DNA of 63,738 nt, filler included, from Hyphochytrium catenoides (Eukaryota; Protista; Hyphochytriomycota), in NCBI GenBank assembly GCA_900088475.1. It is 5 parts of 5 records of this genome, joined end to end, with 100 filler letters (N's around TTAATTAATTAA, not from the genome) between each part and the next. Parts side by side here need not be neighbours in the genome. Positions count along the whole stretch, not along the records: positions 61,422 to 63,738 come from FLMG01000546.1; 4 more parts are not named here. One strand, given 5' to 3'. A model generated the notes under the pieces. The model did not search any database. It was not told the DNA's origin and saw nothing but the letters and a program-made list of their open reading frames with translations. How positions within the stretch are numbered: the first letter of the stretch is position 1; each line of letters opens with the position of its first letter. The translations under genes were made by a program, and so were the position numbers. Below, piece after piece: positions 61,422 to 63,738 of this stretch.

Positions 61422-63738
61422 TCCGCAGGCTGCTGCCGCTTGCTTCACCAACTTGGCCACGTCCTCCGCAGTAACAGCGATTCTAACAGCGATTCCCGTG
61501 GTCCTCTTGCTAACTCCCGCTCGCTTGTATGACCCCAGGCCGAGTGTACCGCCTTCAGCAGACATCCTGCCTTGACAGGGCACAGAAGCGAGTGGCCCGA
61601 CCTCCGTAAGCGACGATGAGACCCTCTCCCAATCTGATCGTTTTTGCCGCCGCATAGATCGATAGAGACTGCCTCTGCTCTGGCGCTATCTCTACACGGT
61701 CTGCCGGCACGGTCCCAAAGCCGTAGGTCGCTGATTCTAAGAACGCAAGAGTGGGTCTCTGCCCCCATGAGGCAGTACTCCGACCGTCTGAGGAGGAAGA
61801 AGTAGGCCAGAATAGTGAGGTAAGAGTTGGTGGTGTGGTGTGGACCAAGAGAGAAAGTCCGAGAGGCGCAGCAGGATTGGCACAGTCACGGGCTGCTTCT
61901 GAGTAGTGGGAGCGGATGCGCGGCTAAGGCCTTGTCTCAAAAGTGCGAAACCCGGGGCTAGAGCGATGTCCCGCGCGAGGAAGAAGCGTTGAAGCCAGAG
62001 GATTGCGCTGAGCTTGCCAAGAGTGGTGGCCTCCGTGTTGCCATCCTGGGCATCCCGCTGGATTCGTACGCTCTGCAGTAAGCAGCGAAAGCGCCAAGCT
62101 GCTCAGTATTCGTTGCCCCGGATCCGCTGAGCCAGACAGGGAATCCAAAGAACTGACACCAGGCGACCCACTACTTCCAGACCCCTCGATACTTCGAAAG
62201 GGTGGAGCGTGCCAATGCTCGGATTTGCAACTCTTCGCCCATAGCGCAGAAAGATCGCGCCAAGAGGCCGGGATCGGAACCCGCGTCGGCCGCCTTATTG
62301 AGCGAACCGGGCACGTGGCTTGCCGTACAATACACGCCAAAGGTAATCTCAAGAAAGGATAGCAGACGAAGAATAACTTGGGCAGATGGGTTCTGGGATG
62401 CGCGCCGCTGGTTCCACGCAATCGCGGACACATTGTCGATAAAGAAGCGCACGTGGAGGTGCCGCTCACGCGGTAACTGGTGATAGGAAGGTCTCCAAGC
62501 CAGAAGGGCATAAGCCGCGCTAGAGAGCTCCCGAATGTTGATCCCGAAGTCCGAGCTACCAGCCGCAATAGCAGAGCGCTCCTCCGAGGTGAACCGGATT
62601 TGCACGAACTCCTTCCGGTGGAGATTGAGCGCGGCGAGTCCTTCATTGCTGGCGTCCATGAAGATGACCCGGTCTGGGCATGCCGTCCGGGTAAATGTGG
62701 CGAAGCTCACTCCATTCAGGTAGTCACGGGAGAGAATTTGTTCGAACCATTCCATGTCGCGAACGGCCTCTGGGGGAAGAAGGTCTCCGGGTCCGTACGA
62801 GGTAGAGAGACCATTATGCGAGAAAGGCCCTGCACGAATGCGCGAGCCGCAGGGAAGCACGTCATTACATGCCGGAGGCTGCCCAACAACTGCTGTATAT
62901 CGCGCCGGCGTACTCGATGGGGAGGCTTGGCAAGACGCAGACGGTTCAATGCTTTGTCCACCTTGTTATCTGGCGTGCATAGTTGGCGACGAGCCACGTC
63001 CCACTCTAACCCTAGGGCCGTGCAACCCCGCGACCAATCCTGCTCCTTTTCCTCGTTGTAGGCCTCCGGGCCCAGGACGCTTACCATAGCCCGGCGAAGA
63101 GCGAGGCGCGCCTCGTAAAGCCGTGTACCGATGTCAGGTTCCAAGCAGACGTGGTCATCGCACCAGTAAAGGGAACGGAACCTCTCGCGGCCCGCCACCG
63201 GTTGCAAGGGCCAAGCTGGAGTGGAGGCGCCGTATGACTGCCAATGAGGGAGGCCGCGACGTTATAGAAACCGGGAGAACCCGTCCAACCGAAGGGAGTG
63301 TAAAGGTCTATAATGAGAGCGTTGTCCTCGGGTAGGGTAGCGGCAAACTTGGCCACCCAGTCCGCATGGAGAGGAATATGGCGAAATGCGGCGCTTACAT
63401 CCGCGGTAGCCATATATACGTGGGCAGCGCTATTTTCCAACTGGTGCAGACGATGAGCGATCGCGGCGGGTCCGTCGTAAGCTGCCAAGGGAATGCGGGA
63501 CTTGTCAGTATAGTCATTTATGCTAGCGCCCGGAGGGTAAGACAGATCGTGGATGACGCGGACTTTGCCCCCATCAGAGCCTTTGGGGACCGCCCCGACA
63601 GGGCTACATACAACTTCAGGCCACGATGCTAGCAAATCTAAATCCACAATAAGGAGGCGTCCTTGGTCCTGGCCCTTGCGCAACTCGGTCCGTACTGCCG
63701 AAAGGTGCGCACGGGCAGAACCGTGATTGGCAGGAGGT
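61422..63738 (-). mobile_element. Decayed Ngaro/DIRS-type retrotransposon: RT, RNase H and tyrosine recombinase
   Basis: RT: SPVGAVPK, RVIHDLSYPPGASIND, DVSAAFRHIP, PFGWTGSP, YWCDDH, LGLEWD. RNase H: MDASNEG, INIREL, IDNVSA, HVPGSLNKAADAGS. YR: ALARSTLSKY, KQPVTVPIL, FFLLRRSEYC, GKNDQ. Several frameshifts and a TAG in place of a Trp codon. Confidence 0.92.

Noticed and set aside
55629-61940. One YR element interrupted by or capturing DNAAF5
   Set aside because: Linkers flank DNAAF5. The two YR pieces cover the same homologous segment and are clearly diverged, so they are different copies.
1-63738. tRNA, rRNA or snRNA genes
   Set aside because: No convincing cloverleaf or conserved RNA motifs seen by eye. 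A covariance-model search would be needed to exclude them.

Overview
Eukaryotic draft-assembly DNA from an intron-rich, (AG/CT)n-saturated protist genome. It probably has flagella (DNAAF5) and is plausibly a stramenopile, but the taxon is my inference. Four 100-bp N44-TTAATTAATTAA-N44 linkers (24298, 44948, 56363, 61322) split the window into five contigs, so adjacency across them is not evidence of linkage. Contig A (1-24297): a spliced ankyrin-repeat gene, a secreted Cys-rich GPI-type protein, a repetitive coiled-coil protein, a spliced gene built on a 21-bp heptad minisatellite, a tyrosine-recombinase (YR) retroelement tail, two intronless alginate-lyase-like paralogs and a rearranged Ty3/Gypsy gag relic. 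Contig B: an MFS transporter, threonyl-tRNA synthetase, short-form RNase Z, SmD1 and a secreted Agd3/CE18-like polysaccharide deacetylase. Contig C: an actinobacterial-type GH13 alpha-amylase with CBM20 and 4 introns, an OrsD/DUF3505-like zinc-finger gene next to interstitial CCCTAA repeats, and the 3' end of an Ngaro-type YR retrotransposon with a split direct repeat. Contig D: partial DNAAF5/HEATR2. Contig E: a decayed Ngaro/DIRS element (RT-RNaseH-YR). The best leads are the Agd3-like deacetylase outside fungi, the OrsD plus telomeric-repeat locus, the minisatellite-encoded aromatic coiled coil, and the probable horizontally acquired secreted CAZymes. Family assignments come from recognising motifs by eye; no searches were run. 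Most short ORFs in the track are microsatellite noise.
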